This document shows, piece after piece, positions 43,515-58,402 of a stretch of DNA of 64,000 nt; the first letter of the stretch is position 1; each line of letters starts with the position of its first letter. The DNA comes from Eledone cirrhosa (taxonomy: Eukaryota). Position numbers and translations under genes: made by a program. Below the pieces are notes generated by a model, which was not told the origin of the DNA, ran no database searches, and worked only from the letters and a program-made list of their open reading frames with translations. The stretch is taken from NCBI GenBank assembly GCA_964016885.1, contig OZ024760.1, positions 13,392,001 to 13,456,000 of the forward strand, written 5' to 3'.

Positions 43515-46436
43515 TTTTAACGGACACGTAGGTAAACACTGCGACGGCTTCAATAGAGTACATGGAGGCCATGGAGTTGGCACAAGGAATGAGGAAGGAT
43601 TCAGACTTCTAGAATTCTGCGACGCCAATGACATGTCGATATGTAACACAAACTTTAAAAAACCCGACAACCACCTGATCACCTATAGATCAGGGGAGCA
43701 CTCTAGTCAGTTAGATTTTATCCTCATCAGAGGACGTGACAGATGGACGGTCGTAAACACAAAAGCCTTCCCTAGTGAGGAATGTACATCCCAACATAGC
43801 TTAGTTGTCAGCGACCTCACGGTCAGAACTAGACGAGCCCTGAAACAGAGGCCAACCTGGAGAAGAAAGATCTGGAAGCTGAAAGTCCCCTCAACCAGTA
43901 ACAGATTTAAAGATATTTTACTCAACGCCTACGACAGTAAAGAAGAACAGATAGAGACATTTAACGTAGAAGAGAACTGGGAGTTCCTAAAAAATAACTT
44001 ACTAGAGGCGACGGATGAGGTTTGTGGCTGGAGTAAGACCTCAAGCAGGAGGAGAGTGACTTGGTGGTGGAACAATAAGGTAGATGAAGCAGTCAAGGCC
44101 AAGAGACAGGCATGGAAAGAATGGAAGAACGGGGGGAGCAGGGTACATTACATAGAGACCAAGAGGGAAGCTAGGCGACAAGTATACTTAGCTAGGAGGG
44201 AAGCAGAGGATAGAAAATTCAAGCATGTTTTACAACGTGAGGACCAGAAACAGGAGGTATTCAAGATTGCAAGGCAGTGTGTCAGAGATAGTTGTGATGT
44301 CATTGGAGAGAAGTGTATCCGGAATGATAAAGGTGAGCTTGCCCTCACAAGTGCTGAGAAGAAAGATGCATGGAAGAGTCATTATGATAGATTACTAAAT
44401 GAGGAGAATGCATGGGAAGAAGAGACCCTACCCCACGTAGACCCTATAGAGGGACCAGCAGTACAAGTCAGCGGCAGCGTAGTAAGTAAGGCAATCAGAG
44501 ATATGAAGATAGGGAAGGCAACCGGTCCATCGGGTATAGCTGCCGAGATGCTGAAGGCATCTGGGTCTGTAGGTCACACTATAACCACACGTATCGTTAA
44601 CCAGGTAATACTAGAGGGGGCCATACCAAAAGATTGGTGCAGTAGCATCATTGTCAACTGCTACAAAGGTAAAGGCGATGCACTAGATAGAGGAAACTAT
44701 AGAGGTATAAAGTTGATGGACCAGGTCATGAAAGTAACAGAAAGAGTTATAGCACAGCTGATTAGGGACCGGGTGAATATAGACGAGATGCAATTTGGGT
44801 TTGTACCAGGGAAAGGCACCACTGATGCGCTCTTCCTTGTGAGGCAATTACAGGAAAAGTACCTAGCTAAAAGTAAGCCACTCTACTTGGCATTTGTCGA
44901 CCTTGAGAAAGCCTTTGACAGAGTTCCACGTGCAGTAATCTGGTGGGCTCTTAGAAAACTAGGAGTAGATGAATGGCTTGTGAAAGCGGTACAAGCCATG
45001 TATAGGGGAGCAGTCAGCAAAGTTAGGATTGGCAATGAGTATAGCGAGGAATTTAGCGTACAGGTTGGGGTCCACCAGGGCTCTGTTCTTAGCCCTCTCC
45101 TGTTCATCATAGTCCTGCAGGCAATAACGGAGGAGTTTAAGACCGGATGCCCATGGGAACTCCTGTATGCTGATGACCTCGCACTCATAGCTGAATCTAT
45201 GGTAGAACTAGAGAATAAATTCCAAACCTGGAAGCAGGGACTAGAGAGAAAGGGCCTCAAAGTCAACATGACAAAGACTAAGGTCCTTATAAGTAGACGA
45301 GAAAACAGAACCCAGATCCCCTCAGGGAAATGGCCTTGCTCAGTATGTAGGAAAGGTGTAGGTAGGAACTCCATTCTTTGCCCCAAATGCAAACAATGGG
45401 TACACAAGAGATGTAGCGGGATCTCAGGAAGCTTAATTAAGAATGTAGGATTCACATGCAGCAGCTGTGCTGAAACAGCAAGCAAACAGCCACAGGAAAC
45501 AAGTACCACCAATCTCTGGGAGGGCCCTGTAGAAACAGTAGACAGCTTCTGCTACCTGGGTGACCGAATTAGCAACGGAGGTGGGTGCTCAGAAAGTACA
45601 ATAACTAGGGTAAGAACGGGATGGAAGAAGTTTAGGGAACTACTACCACTGCTAGCTGCAAAAGGCTTCTCCCTCAGAATGAAAGGCAGACTGTATGATG
45701 CGTGTATCCGAACAGCGATGTTGCATGGTAGTGAGACCTGGGCGCTGAAGGTGGAAGACTTACGTAGATTAGAGAGAAACGAAGCCTGCATGCTCCGATG
45801 GATGTGTAACAGTAATATACGTGAACGACAAAGCATAAATGAATTGAGTGAGAGACTGAGCATAAGAGGAATCAAATGCTGCGTGCAGGAGAGGCGGTTA
45901 CGCTGGTATGGACATGTGATGCGTATGAAGGATGACAGCTGCATAAAAAGGTGCAGAGCACTAGAAGTTGATGGAAACCGCGGAGTGGGGAGACCCAAGA
46001 TGACTTGGGATGAGGTGATAAAAGCCGACCTTACCCAACTACACCTCTCAAAGTCAATGACACACGACCGTGACTTCTGGCGTCACGCAGTAATACAGGG
46101 TACCCGACCTCCCATGGGTACATGCTGAAGCATATAAACAATATGCCCCCCCCCCACCCCACCGCAAGGTGGTCGTGGAGGTGCCACGGCAAAAAAGCAC
46201 CCAGCCCACACTGTAAAGTGGACGTGTAGGCGCCACGAAAAAGCACCCAGCACTCACTGTAAATGAGGTTGGTGTTAGGAAGGGCATCCAGCTGTAGAAA
46301 TCAAGCCAGATCAGTTCCTGTATGAGCAAGGCATGGTCAGCCGACCAGACACTGCCCACAACAGGACAACCCGTCTAACCCATGCTAGCGTGGAAGAACG
46401 GACGTAAAACGGTGATGATGATGATGATGATGATGA
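43515..46436 (+). mobile_element. RTE-clade LINE, 5'-truncated within the APE endonuclease, ORF uninterrupted
   Basis: Frame is open from 43516 (FNGHVG) to 46128; (GAT)n tail; flanked by TA/TACA microsatellite. Confidence 0.97.
43516..46128 (+). CDS. RTE ORF: C-terminal part of APE endonuclease, reverse transcriptase and PHD-type zinc finger
   Basis: QLDFIL and SQH (APE); [43 protein letters not shown] and FCYLG (RT); [12 protein letters not shown] and GRPKMTW (RTE C-terminus). Confidence 0.95.
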   Translation, partial: FNGHVGKHCDGFNRVHGGHGVGTRNEEGFRLLEFCDANDMSICNTNFKKPDNHLITYRSGEHSSQLDFILIRGRDRWTVVNTKAFPSEECTSQHSLVVSDLTVRTRRALKQRPTWRRKIWKLKVPSTSNRFKDILLNAYDSKEEQIETFNVEENWEFLKNNLLEATDEVCGWSKTSSRRRVTWWWNNKVDEAVKAKRQAWKEWKNGGSRVHYIETKREARRQVYLARREAEDRKFKHVLQREDQKQEVFKIARQCVRDSCDVIGEKCIRNDKGELALTSAEKKDAWKSHYDRLLNEENAWEEETLPHVDPIEGPAVQVSGSVVSKAIRDMKIGKATGPSGIAAEMLKASGSVGHTITTRIVNQVILEGAIPKDWCSSIIVNCYKGKGDALDRGNYRGIKLMDQVMKVTERVIAQLIRDRVNIDEMQFGFVPGKGTTDALFLVRQLQEKYLAKSKPLYLAFVDLEKAFDRVPRAVIWWALRKLGVDEWLVKAVQAMYRGAVSKVRIGNEYSEEFSVQVGVHQGSVLSPLLFIIVLQAITEEFKTGCPWELLYADDLALIAESMVELENKFQTWKQGLERKGLKVNMTKTKVLISRRENRTQIPSGKWPCSVCRKGVGRNSILCPKCKQWVHKRCSGISGSLIKNVGFTCSSCAETASKQPQETSTTNLWEGPVETVDSFCYLGDRISNGGGCSESTITRVRTGWKKFRELLPLLAAKGFSLRMKGRLYDACIRTAMLHGSETWALKVEDLRRLERNEACMLRWMCNSNIRERQSINELSERLSIRGIKCCVQERRLRWYGHVMRMKDDSCIKRCRALEVDGNRGVGRPKMTWDEVIKADLTQLHLSKSMTHDRDFWRHAVIQGTRPPMGTC

Positions 46437-46500
46437 TATATATATATACATACATATATACATATACATATATATATATACATATATATATATACATACA

Positions 46501-46806
46501 TGGAGGCACATGGCTTAGTGGTTAGAGCATTGGCTTTGCAATCGAAAGGTTGTGAGTTCAATTCTCAGACCGGGTGATGTGTTGTTTCCTTGAGCAAGAC
46601 ACTTTATTTCACGTTGCTTCAGTTTACTCAGCTGTAGAAATGAGATTATAGGGACTGGGATCCCTATCATTCGTGGAGGTGCCACGGCAAATGAGGTTGG
46701 TGTTAGGAAGGGCATCCAGCTGTAGAAATCAAGCCAGAATCAGTTCCCGTCCCACCCTTGCAAGCAGGGAAAAGTGGACGTAAAATGAAATGATGATGAT
46801 GATGAC
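46501..46806 (+). mobile_element. SINE family B copy with internal deletions
   Basis: Near-identical to 26097-26443. Confidence 0.9.
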
Positions 46807-46920
46807 ATACATACATATATATACATACATATACACATACATATATATATATATATATACATATACACATACATATATATACATACATATACACATACAT
46901 ATATATATATACATACATAT

Positions 46921-46993
<73 letters not shown>

Positions 46994-47051
46994 CGTATAC
47001 ACATACATATATATATATATATATATACGTATACACATACATATATATATA

Positions 47052-47115
<64 letters not shown>

Positions 47116-47402
47116 GATATATATACATACATATATATATATACATACATATATATATATATATACATACATATATATATATACATACATATATATATGT
47201 ATATATACATACATATATATATATATACATACATATATATATATATATACATACATATATATATATATACATACATATATATATATATACATACATATAT
47301 ATATATATACATACATATATATATATACATACATATATATATATACATACATATATATATATACATACATATATATATATATACATACATATATATATAT
47401 AC

Positions 47403-47449
<47 letters not shown>

Positions 47450-47547
47450 CATACATATATATATACATACATATATATATACATACATATATATATATAT
47501 ACACATACATATATATATACATACATATATATATATATATACATACA

Positions 47548-47588
<41 letters not shown>

Positions 47589-47660
47589 ATACATACATAT
47601 ATATATATACATATATATATATATACATACATATATATATACATACATATATATATACAT
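46807..47660. repeat. Compound (TA)n/(TACA)n microsatellite, ~0.85 kb
   Basis: Direct inspection. Confidence 0.97.
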
Positions 47661-47839
47661 CATAGTCTACAAATGGCTGCGATAGCTGGCACCTTCAAAA
47701 TTTGCAAAACATTCTTGCGATTCAAGGGATGACAATTTCTTCTCTTTTACAACCTTGCCACCAGGAAGGTGGCCGGTCAAAAAATATACTCAAAATTAAG
47801 AGAAAGAGAAAACATACAAGATATATATATACATACATA

Positions 47840-48322
47840 TTACTCTTTTACTCTTTTACCTGTTTCAGCCATCTGGCTGAGGCCATGCTGGGGCACCGCC
47901 CTTGTTGCTACACATTTTATCTCCAGCCTGTATAGGTTGGTCACTGGTGTAAGAGGGAGTTTGTTGCTGCTTCCCTTAGGTTTCGCTCGTGTCTTGCTGT
48001 GGGCTCATCCGGGATCCTGGATAACAAGGTGTCGAGACGTTTCTTAAAGACATCCACCTCCACGTCATGCAAGTCTCTCAGATGCCTCAGCAGCCTGTTG
48101 AAGAGTTGAGGGCCCTTGAATCCCAGGCTATTGCAATACATGCTCCTTATTCTAGATGTGGAAGACGGCACCTTTGGCACCACACAGTGACGTCCTGTTC
48201 GACGGTTGGTCCAGCTCCCAATGCCAAAGTTTGGTGCTAGTCCCTCCAGGATTTTCCACATGTAGATCACTGCGTATCTCTCCTGTCTTCGCTCCAAGGA
48301 GTAGAGGTTCAGTTCCTTCAGC

Positions 48323-48330
<8 letters not shown>
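47840..48330 (-). mobile_element. CR1/L2-group LINE 3' fragment
   Basis: [19 protein letters not shown]...GPQLFNRL...[16 protein letters not shown]...NSLLHQ* followed by a short UTR and an (AGTAAAAG)n tail. Confidence 0.85.
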
Positions 48331-48362
<32 letters not shown>

Positions 48363-48401
48363 CATATATATATATACATACATATATATATATATACATA
48401 C

Positions 48402-48452
<51 letters not shown>

Positions 48453-48463
48453 CATACATATAT

Positions 48464-48494
<31 letters not shown>

Positions 48495-48724
48495 TATAGT
48501 AGAATAATCGAGTATCGAAAAATCGGCGCACGAGTTCACGATAAACAAAATTCGAAATGAGCGGCAGAGGGCTCAATAATTCAGATAAATCAGAGCTATA
48601 ACTATCGTTAAAATACCGACACACATAGAACATGTCTAAAATCAACCATACGACCGAAAAATTACGATCTGGAAGATTCGGGACACTCAGATAAAATATC
48701 AATAAATCAATAAATCAAATGAAT

Positions 48725-48750
48725 GTATATATATATATATATATATATAC

Positions 48751-48821
<71 letters not shown>

Positions 48822-48832
48822 CATATATATAT

Positions 48833-48872
<40 letters not shown>

Positions 48873-48901
48873 ATATATATATATACATACATACATATAT
48901 A

Positions 48902-48942
<41 letters not shown>

Positions 48943-48999
48943 ATACATACATATATATATACATACATTTATATATATATACATACATATATATATATA

Positions 49000-49047
<48 letters not shown>

Positions 49048-49064
49048 TACATATATATATACAT

Positions 49065-49113
<49 letters not shown>

Positions 49114-49130
49114 TACATATATATATACAT

Positions 49131-49177
<47 letters not shown>

Positions 49178-49302
49178 TACATATATATATACATATACAT
49201 ATATACATATATATATATACATATATATATACATATATATATATACATATATACATATATATATACATATACACATATATATATACATATACATATATAT
49301 AT

Positions 49303-49365
<63 letters not shown>

Positions 49366-49474
49366 CATATACATATATATATACATATACATATATATAT
49401 ACATATACATATATATATACATATACATATATATATACATATACATATATATATACATATACATATATATATAC

Positions 49475-49565
<91 letters not shown>

Positions 49566-49645
49566 GATACATATATATATGTATATATATATATGTATAT
49601 ATATATACATACATATATATACATAGATACATATATATATGTATA

Positions 49646-49684
<39 letters not shown>

Positions 49685-49749
49685 GTATATATATATATGT
49701 ATATATATATACATACATATATATACATAGATACATATATATATGTATA

Positions 49750-49819
<70 letters not shown>

Positions 49820-49839
49820 CATATACATATATATGTATA

Positions 49840-49905
<66 letters not shown>

Positions 49906-50122
49906 CATATACATATATATGTATATATATATATATATACATACATATATATATATATATACATACATATATATATACACACATACATATATATATATAC
50001 ATACATATATATATACATACATACATATATACATATATACATACATACATACATATATACATACATACATATATATATATACATACATATATATATATAT
50101 ACATACATATATATATATACAT

Positions 50123-50153
<31 letters not shown>

Positions 50154-50278
50154 CATACATATATATATACATATACATATACATACATATATATATATAT
50201 ACATACATATATATATACATATACATATATATATATATATATACATACATATATATATATATACATACATATATATAT

Positions 50279-50317
<39 letters not shown>

Positions 50318-50402
50318 CATATATATATATACATACATATATATATATATACATACATATATATATACATACATATATATATATACATATATATATACAT
50401 AC

Positions 50403-50432
<30 letters not shown>
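48725..50432. repeat. Compound (TA)n/(TACA)n/(TATACA)n microsatellite, ~1.7 kb
   Basis: Direct inspection; similar tracts at 48330-48495 and 50890-51190. Confidence 0.97.
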
Positions 50433-50434
<2 letters not shown>

Positions 50435-51045
50435 GGTGGCTGCCAACTCGTTTTCGAGTACGGCCACTACTTTATATCCATGTAGGAGAACCCCTACCAA
50501 TGCGCTGAACGAATGTGACTTTTTAGTCCAGCCAGCGACTTGAAAACTCTGGTACAAACACCATACTTGTGACAATTATTGACACATAGTGCTGGGCCCA
50601 TGGTACCATGTGACGACAAGTGCAGAGAGATCTCTAGATATAAAGCAATGCCTGTGCTGTCAAGCTTTTATAGTGAGCAAAGGCACTGCACAAAGCCAGT
50701 CCCACTCTCTTAACCAAGATGATATTTACCAAAAAGAAGAACAATTCAACATCATTGGATACCATCAGAGTTGCATGTGTTATATCAGAGTTTTCCTTCT
50801 CCTAGAATTCTGCCTTGACAAAGGCTAAGGGGTCATCTCTCCCGGTGATTTTGGATGGCTATTGACTCTTAAGAGCCCCTTTGCCTTTTTATATATATAT
50901 ATACATACATATATACATACATATATATATACATATATATACATATATATATATATATACATATATATATACATACATATATATATATATACAAACATAT
51001 ATATATATATATACATACATATATATATATATATACATACATATA

Positions 51046-51100
<55 letters not shown>

Positions 51101-51158
51101 ACATACATATATATATATACATACATACATATATATATATACATACATATATATATAC

Positions 51159-51191
<33 letters not shown>

Positions 51192-51192
<1 letters not shown>

Positions 51193-51882
51193 CATCATCA
51201 TCATCATCGTTTAACATCTATCTTCCACACTAGCATGGGTTAAGATGGGAATTGTCCCACTTGAGGCAAGATTGGTTGTCTCGCTTGTATGGGACTGTCT
51301 GGCAGGTTTTCTACGGCTGGATGCCCTTCCTAACACCAACCACGTTTACAGTGTGGACTGGGAGGTTTTTACCGTGTTACCTACACGGCCACATTACAGC
51401 GTGGACTGTGTGTGTTTTTTTGTCGTGACACCTACACAACCTCATTTATTTAGGACTAGATGTTGTGGTACCAACAAAACTTTACAGAGAAAGGGGTGGT
51501 GTTGATAGGGGTGGGGGTGGGGGTAGGGTAGTGGGAGATGGGTTTATATTTGATTAAGAGGTGCCTACTGACTGTAAGTTTCGCTTTGTACTTAGGCAAG
51601 GTGGGTTTTCTCTATTACTGCGTAGCGCCAAAGTTGTCGGTCCAGTGACATTGTCTTAGAGAGGTGTAAGGTCGGAATTTATCAAATCATCCCAGGTTTT
51701 TCTGGGTCTGCCTACTCCATAGCTACCGTCAATTTTGATCGCCCTGCACTTTTTTATACAACTGTCGTCTTTCATGCGCATCACGTGACCATACCAACGT
51801 AGTCTTCTCTCGAGTAAACAGCATCTGATCCCTCTTATTCCTAATTTCTCACTTAGTTCATTTATGCTTTGCCGTTCACGTA
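51192..51882 (-). mobile_element. RTE LINE 3' fragment, sister subfamily
   Basis: [45 protein letters not shown]...GRPRKTW, plus 3' UTR and (GAT)n tail. Confidence 0.9.
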
Positions 51883-51883
51883 A

Positions 51884-51933
<50 letters not shown>

Positions 51934-53235
51934 ATATATAATACACGCACAGTCACATACACAGATACACATATGTAGACACATATACACACATATAGAC
52001 ACATTAGTTGCTCAAAAGACATGTATAGTCACGTAGCAGCAGGTTACAACCCTACTAAACTGATTTAACAACCAAAAGACCGAAATGTATTTAAATCTAA
52101 CCAAAGAAGAATCTAGAGGAAAATAGAAGAAAAAAAATAAATAAATAAAAAAATAAAAACTATAAAAGACATTTTACACTGAAAGAGTTTTTATTCATTC
52201 ATTCATTCATCGTTTTTTTTTGTTGTTTTTCGTTCTTTTTAAATTTTATTTATTTGTAAAATCTTTTAATTTTATTTTATATTTTTTTATTAAAAATGTT
52301 TTATTTATTTATTTTTTAGAAAATCCAAGAATTTCAGATTTTTTTTTTCAGATTTTGTGATTTGTTTTATTTTTGTTAAAAAAGAAAGAAATTAATTTTT
52401 ATTTTGTGTTGCTGTTGTTTATTTATTTATTGTCTGGGTCCTATCTCTAAGTCTTGTTGTTATTGTTACTGTTGTGTATTGTCTAGCTCCTATTTCTAAG
52501 TCTTGTGGCTGTTCAACATTTTTCTATTTCTACTATTTTTATGTCTTTCTTTCTTTCTCTCTTTCTTTATTTCTTTCTTTACCATTTTTGCAGAAGACTA
52601 AACAAGAAATTACAATCTTAGAAATACTTAATCTAGTGATGTCTAGTTTACCACTACCACTACTGTTACTGTTACTACCACTACTACTGACACCACCACC
52701 ACTGTCACCACTACTGTGTCTAGTTTACCACTACCACTGTGCTACTACTATTACTGTTACTACTACTACTACTACTGTTACTAACACCACCACTGTTATT
52801 ACTGCTAACACCACTACCACTAACATCACCACCACTGTTACTACTACTGTCACTACTAACATTACTATGTTAACATCACTAACACTACTGTTACTGCCAC
52901 CACCAACACAACTGCTACCAGGAAGGATTAGAGAAGTTAAACATTTAGATTCAGTACTGTGGTGGTAGCGTAGAAGCAGGTGATAGCTATGTACAAAAGA
53001 AAAAAGATTAGATTGCGATGAGGCATAGGAAGAGATGCTTAATACATTATGGGAGAAGAGATGGATATATACAGACCTTTTCAAATATATACATACATAT
53101 GCACACATGCATACACATATATATGTACACATACATATGCACAAATACATATATATACACAATTCCATACATACATGCATATATACACATACCTATACAT
53201 ACATACAAATATATATATATATATTTATATATATA

Positions 53236-53292
<57 letters not shown>

Positions 53293-53300
<8 letters not shown>

Positions 53301-53491
53301 TAAAATAACAGATTAAAGTTTAAGCAAAGAATCGGTACTTTCACCTAGAAGATCCCGTTAAGGGTGAAAGCAGCGATTCTTTGCTTAAACTTTAATCTGT
53401 TATTTTAATAAATATTTGCTCTATGGTTCTTATATATTTGATATATATTTATCCTTATCGAGCCCTCTTTGGATTTTAGTCTTCAAATTTA

Positions 53492-53500
<9 letters not shown>
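53293..53500 (+). mobile_element. PLE pLTR remnant with 5' inverted duplication (palindrome 53293-53415)
   Basis: ~53-bp arms meeting at tttcacc...ggtGAAA; the distal part recurs at 19430-19510. Confidence 0.6.
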
Positions 53501-53525
<25 letters not shown>

Positions 53526-54448
53526 GTTCAAAATGACAAACAAACAAACACAGGAGTCAATGGTACATAGTGTCATTAGCTTCATGCTTGGTGAGATATA
53601 TCTACACACACACACACAAATACATATATATACATACATATATATATATTTATACATATATGTTTATGTATATATATATATTTATACACACACACACGCA
53701 TATATATCCATTTAGTTAACAAATGACGTGGGCTGTTATTGACACTTACAGTAATTTACAAGTATTTATTATCATTGTTCATAATTAATTCTGGTTTAGA
53801 GACGGAAGTTATCACCATAATTGCTGGATTTCCCATTTCAGTGTTACCTTAGCCATCATCATCATCATCATCATTGCTATCATCATCACTCTCATCACCA
53901 CCTCCACCATTGCTATCATCATCACCACCACTTCCACCACCATCATTATTGTTATCATCATCATCATCACCACTACCACCACCTCCACCACCATCATCCT
54001 TTGCCTCCTCCTCATTACCACCACCACCACCACCACCATTATTCACCATCATTGTCGCCATTCCAATGATTATATATTTCTGTTGCCGACACTATTGCCG
54101 TGACGGCTGATAATTCACAAAGGGGAGTAACTGCGAGTAATCCTCTTTTGTTAAATTGCCGTAATTTATATCCAGTGACACAGTTTTTAGCACTAACAAC
54201 CATTAACTGGGCTAACAACAACAACAACAGATTAGGAATATGACTGTGGTGATGATGATGATGATAATTATACTTGGCAGTATAGTAACATGTAGCTAAC
54301 ATATATAACTCCTCATACATCCACATATACATACAAATATACAAATGCATACAGCGATATGCACATGTGTGTGTGCGTGTATATATATATATATATATAT
54401 ATATATGCAGAGGTTATATTTAATTTGTTGGGATTCAACAGCTTAAAA

Positions 54449-54496
<48 letters not shown>

Positions 54497-55637
54497 TTTC
54501 ATTTAAATACATATATATATATATATATAAAGACATATATATATATATGTCTTTTCATTTAAATGAGTGTCAATGCTGGCAGTAATGGTTTTTAAAAGTA
54601 TTTGCTGTGAGTCATATGTAATCTGATTCAATACTACTCATGGATGCCATAGATGCTTCATATGTCACTACTCAATAAAGACAGGATCTCTAGATGAATG
54701 AGCAGGTAAAGTGGCTTTCATAGTTACAAATTGCTCATAAACCCTTTACCATTTACATTACTTTATATTTACTATTGTATTTCATTTCATGTAATTATCT
54801 CACATAATATCGAATCTATGAGATTTTGATATTATTCATTTTGAGAACAATACCTTAATATCAGTATGAACAGCCGGTTTGAACAGAAAGAGGTGAGAGA
54901 ATTCTAGCCAGTACTTGGCCAGTTTTGATGCTAACAGGTTAAAGGGGTGAGGGTGTGCGTTCTTTGTAGTTGCATGTGGTCTGTAAGGTGGATGTTGCCT
55001 AGGTAGGAATAGCTTATATTAATGCTATTAGGTTTAAAAGGTGTGTTGTATGTGTGTGTTGGTGGTATTTGTAGAAAGTCCCCAGCTATGTTTAAAGTAG
55101 CATCCAGGTTATAAGGTCTTTTGAACCAGTTTATGCAGTTCTTTCAGATTCTTCTCTGGTATGGGGAGAGGATATCTCTACTCAAATCTCACTGAAGACA
55201 CTTTAAGCTAACCCATCCTTATAGGAGCAGGAGGGCTTGTTAAAATAGTTCTTGTCTTAGAATAGCTTAAGGATAAATCAACATCCAGTCATACATACAC
55301 ATATACACATACATACACACACATATATACATACATGCATACATACAAACACACACATATACACAAACAATTACAAACATACACAACTCACTAGCACAGA
55401 GACATGTATACATACACAAACACACACACACATATATATATATACATACATACACATATACACACATACATACATATACACATGCATGCATATAATCATA
55501 TATAGATACATACATACAATTACACACATGCATGCATATAGTCTACTATATTTAAAGCAGAGCAGTAAAAACTATTTTGAAATATTGGCAAAATTTGATC
55601 CAGTGAGAATGCATTAACACATTAATAATAATAATAA

Positions 55638-55701
<64 letters not shown>

Positions 55702-56569
55702 GAGAGAGAAGGAGAGAGAGAGAGAGATTGGATAGTACATTAATGTTTATCATAGAAATTTATAGAGAGAGAGAGAGAGAGAGTGTGTGTGTGAGAGAGA
55801 GATATAGTAATAGATAGAAAGCAAGAAATAGTAATGATTTACCCAGACAGAGAATGCTCCTGGGTGTAGCGCAGAAATACCAATTCAATTTCAAACTTAG
55901 CTTAGTTATTATCACTTTTATATACATCATCTACTTTTATATACATCATCTCCTTCTTTTATACATCATCTACTTCTTTTTTAAATGGGCAATTACATCT
56001 GTACTCACATGCACAAACACACACTCTCTCTCACTCACACATTCTTGCACACAGATGTACACACACACACACACACATACACACATATAAATATATATAT
56101 ATGTACATATATGTACAATGTACATATATGTACATTGTACATATATATGCATATATAGATATGTGTGTATGTATGTGTATATATATATATGATTAGTTAC
56201 AACTGTATACTTAGCTCATCCTATATATAGGCAAGCTTATGCATGTACAGAGAAATTAGCTTGTAAACACACATACACAAACATGTTACACACACACACA
56301 TACACACATATAGATAGACACACACACACATACACCCACATACACAGGAAGTTAGTGGCCTGTATTCCTAAGAAACAAGGTAAAATTTTGCTTCTACAAC
56401 AAATTCCCTGTCTATTTACCTCACATTTCCTCCATCTTCCCTGTTTCACAATATCACAGAACAATTACACTCATTATCAAAATACTTCTTTAATGATATT
56501 AATATTTAGGAATAAAAAAAGTAATATAGAATATCATAAAATAATGGTTTCTGATTTAGGTACGATTCT

Positions 56570-56985
56570 GCCATAAGGAATGAGTTGAGAAACAAACTGG
56601 GTTTAAGGAGAATCAGATATAGTGTGCAAGAAGAATGTACTGGTATGGACATGTGATATGTATGAAGGATGATTGTTGGGTGAAGAAGAGCCAAGATATC
56701 TCAGTGGAAGGAAGCAGTTGTAGAAGAAGACCAAGGAAGACCTGGGTTGAAGTGGCAAGAGCTGCTGTCAAACTACAGAAGCTCACAGAATAGATGACAA
56801 AAAATTGCAGCAAATGGAGGAAGCTGTCTTGGGAAAGATCAATTGAAATTATGCAAACATGGAAAAAAAACAGACGTAAAATGATGATGATAATGATGAT
56901 GATGATGATGGTGATGGTGATGGTGATGATGATGATGATGATGATGGTGGTGATGATGATGATGATGATGATGGTGACAATGATG
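56570..56985 (+). mobile_element. Old RTE LINE 3' fragment with expanded (GAT)n tail
   Basis: Degenerate WYGHVICMKDDCWVKK...RRPRKTW; a similar minus-strand piece lies at 59470-59600. Confidence 0.75.
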
Positions 56986-58333
56986 AACAAATTTTTTTTC
57001 ATTTTTAAATATATATATATATAAACATTAAACTTCTTGTTATTGAAACCAAATCATTTCAAAATTACATTTATTTAAAAAAAACATCACCCCCAACTCC
57101 CACCCTCTTAACAAACTAACAAAAAATAACAAAACAGTTTATTCATATCCATAATTCACTTTAGAAACAAAAAGAAACACAAAAAACCCCAACAAAATGT
57201 GAATCTGTAGATAATGTTAGTCTCATAGATTTCTAAAAGAGAATTCCTTCGTAATTATTTTGTCAGTCGGAATATTACAGGATTATAATTTACTTTATCT
57301 TACGTCTAACTCAAATAAAATTAGTTTGCTTTACAAAGATTCTTGAAATTCAACTCAATCTAATGCCTAACTATTAATTTTGGGACGACAGACATTGGCT
57401 CTGGAGAATGTCAGATCTGGGAAGATTTGATGCCAGAAAGAGGGGAAAAAAAGAGAAAAAGAGGAAAAGACAAAACAAAGAAACAAAGAAAAGTCTTTGA
57501 TTCCTGATAGAGTGAGAAATTGGGAATAATTTTGAAGAATAAAACATGGCATCAATGGGCTTAACCATTTGGTTTATTGCCAGACTTGAGAGGAAGTGAT
57601 GGGTGAGAGTGGGTGGTTAGAGCAGTGTTGTGTAAGTAGAAGATAAACGATTTTCTATAAAACTCCATCGTTGCAATATAATCATACTGGGACACTTAAA
57701 TTGCCATGAATAAGTGTCTGAGCACCTTTTACTGGTTAAACACTGTTAAAACTCTTCACCTCCAATAGCGACTCTCAATTTGGACATAATTACGAAAGAA
57801 GGGTCACAGCAGAAGGTCACCAACATTGCTGCATTGTCTCTGACCAGCTGATGTCAGTGTGTGTGTGTCTGTGTATGTGTGCATGTGTCAGTGTGTGTGT
57901 CAGTGTGTGTCTGTCAGTGTGTGTGTCTCTGTGTATGTGTGTGTATCTGTGAGTGTGTCTATATATATATACACACACACACAAACATATGTAAGTATAT
58001 ATATGTATGTGTTTATATATAGATATGAATGCATGTGTGTAAGTACGTGTGTGTAAGAGTGCATATATGTGTGAGTATGTGTAAGTGCATGAGTGTGTGT
58101 AATGTATAAACATATACATACATACATATAAACATATATACATACATATATACATATATATATACATACATATAAACATATATCATCATCATAATCATCA
58201 TCACCGTTTTACGTCCGTTTTTCCACGCTAGCATGGGTTAGACGGGTTGTCGGTTGGAAATTCACTATCCAGTGAATTTCCAACCGATAAGGTATGATTT
58301 TCATGGGTATGTCTCTATTTATAAAACAAACTT

Positions 58334-58402
58334 TGTATTTCATCTGATGAAAGCGTACCAATGTTGTCTTGGTTGCCCTTGAAATATATATAATAAAATA
58401 AA
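58334..58402 (+). ncRNA. Minimal type I hammerhead ribozyme motif (PLE pLTR ~58250-58540)
   Basis: tatttcat-CTGATGA-aagcgtacca(atgttgtct)tggttgccctt-GAAA-tatata-TA-ataaaata. Confidence 0.7.

Noticed and set aside
44883-45998. Minus-strand ORFs over the RTE element
   Set aside because: Antisense shadows of the RT ORF.
46703-51243. Long 300-620 aa Y/I/M/C/V/H-rich ORFs on both strands
   Set aside because: Translations of TA/TACA microsatellites, which lack stop codons.
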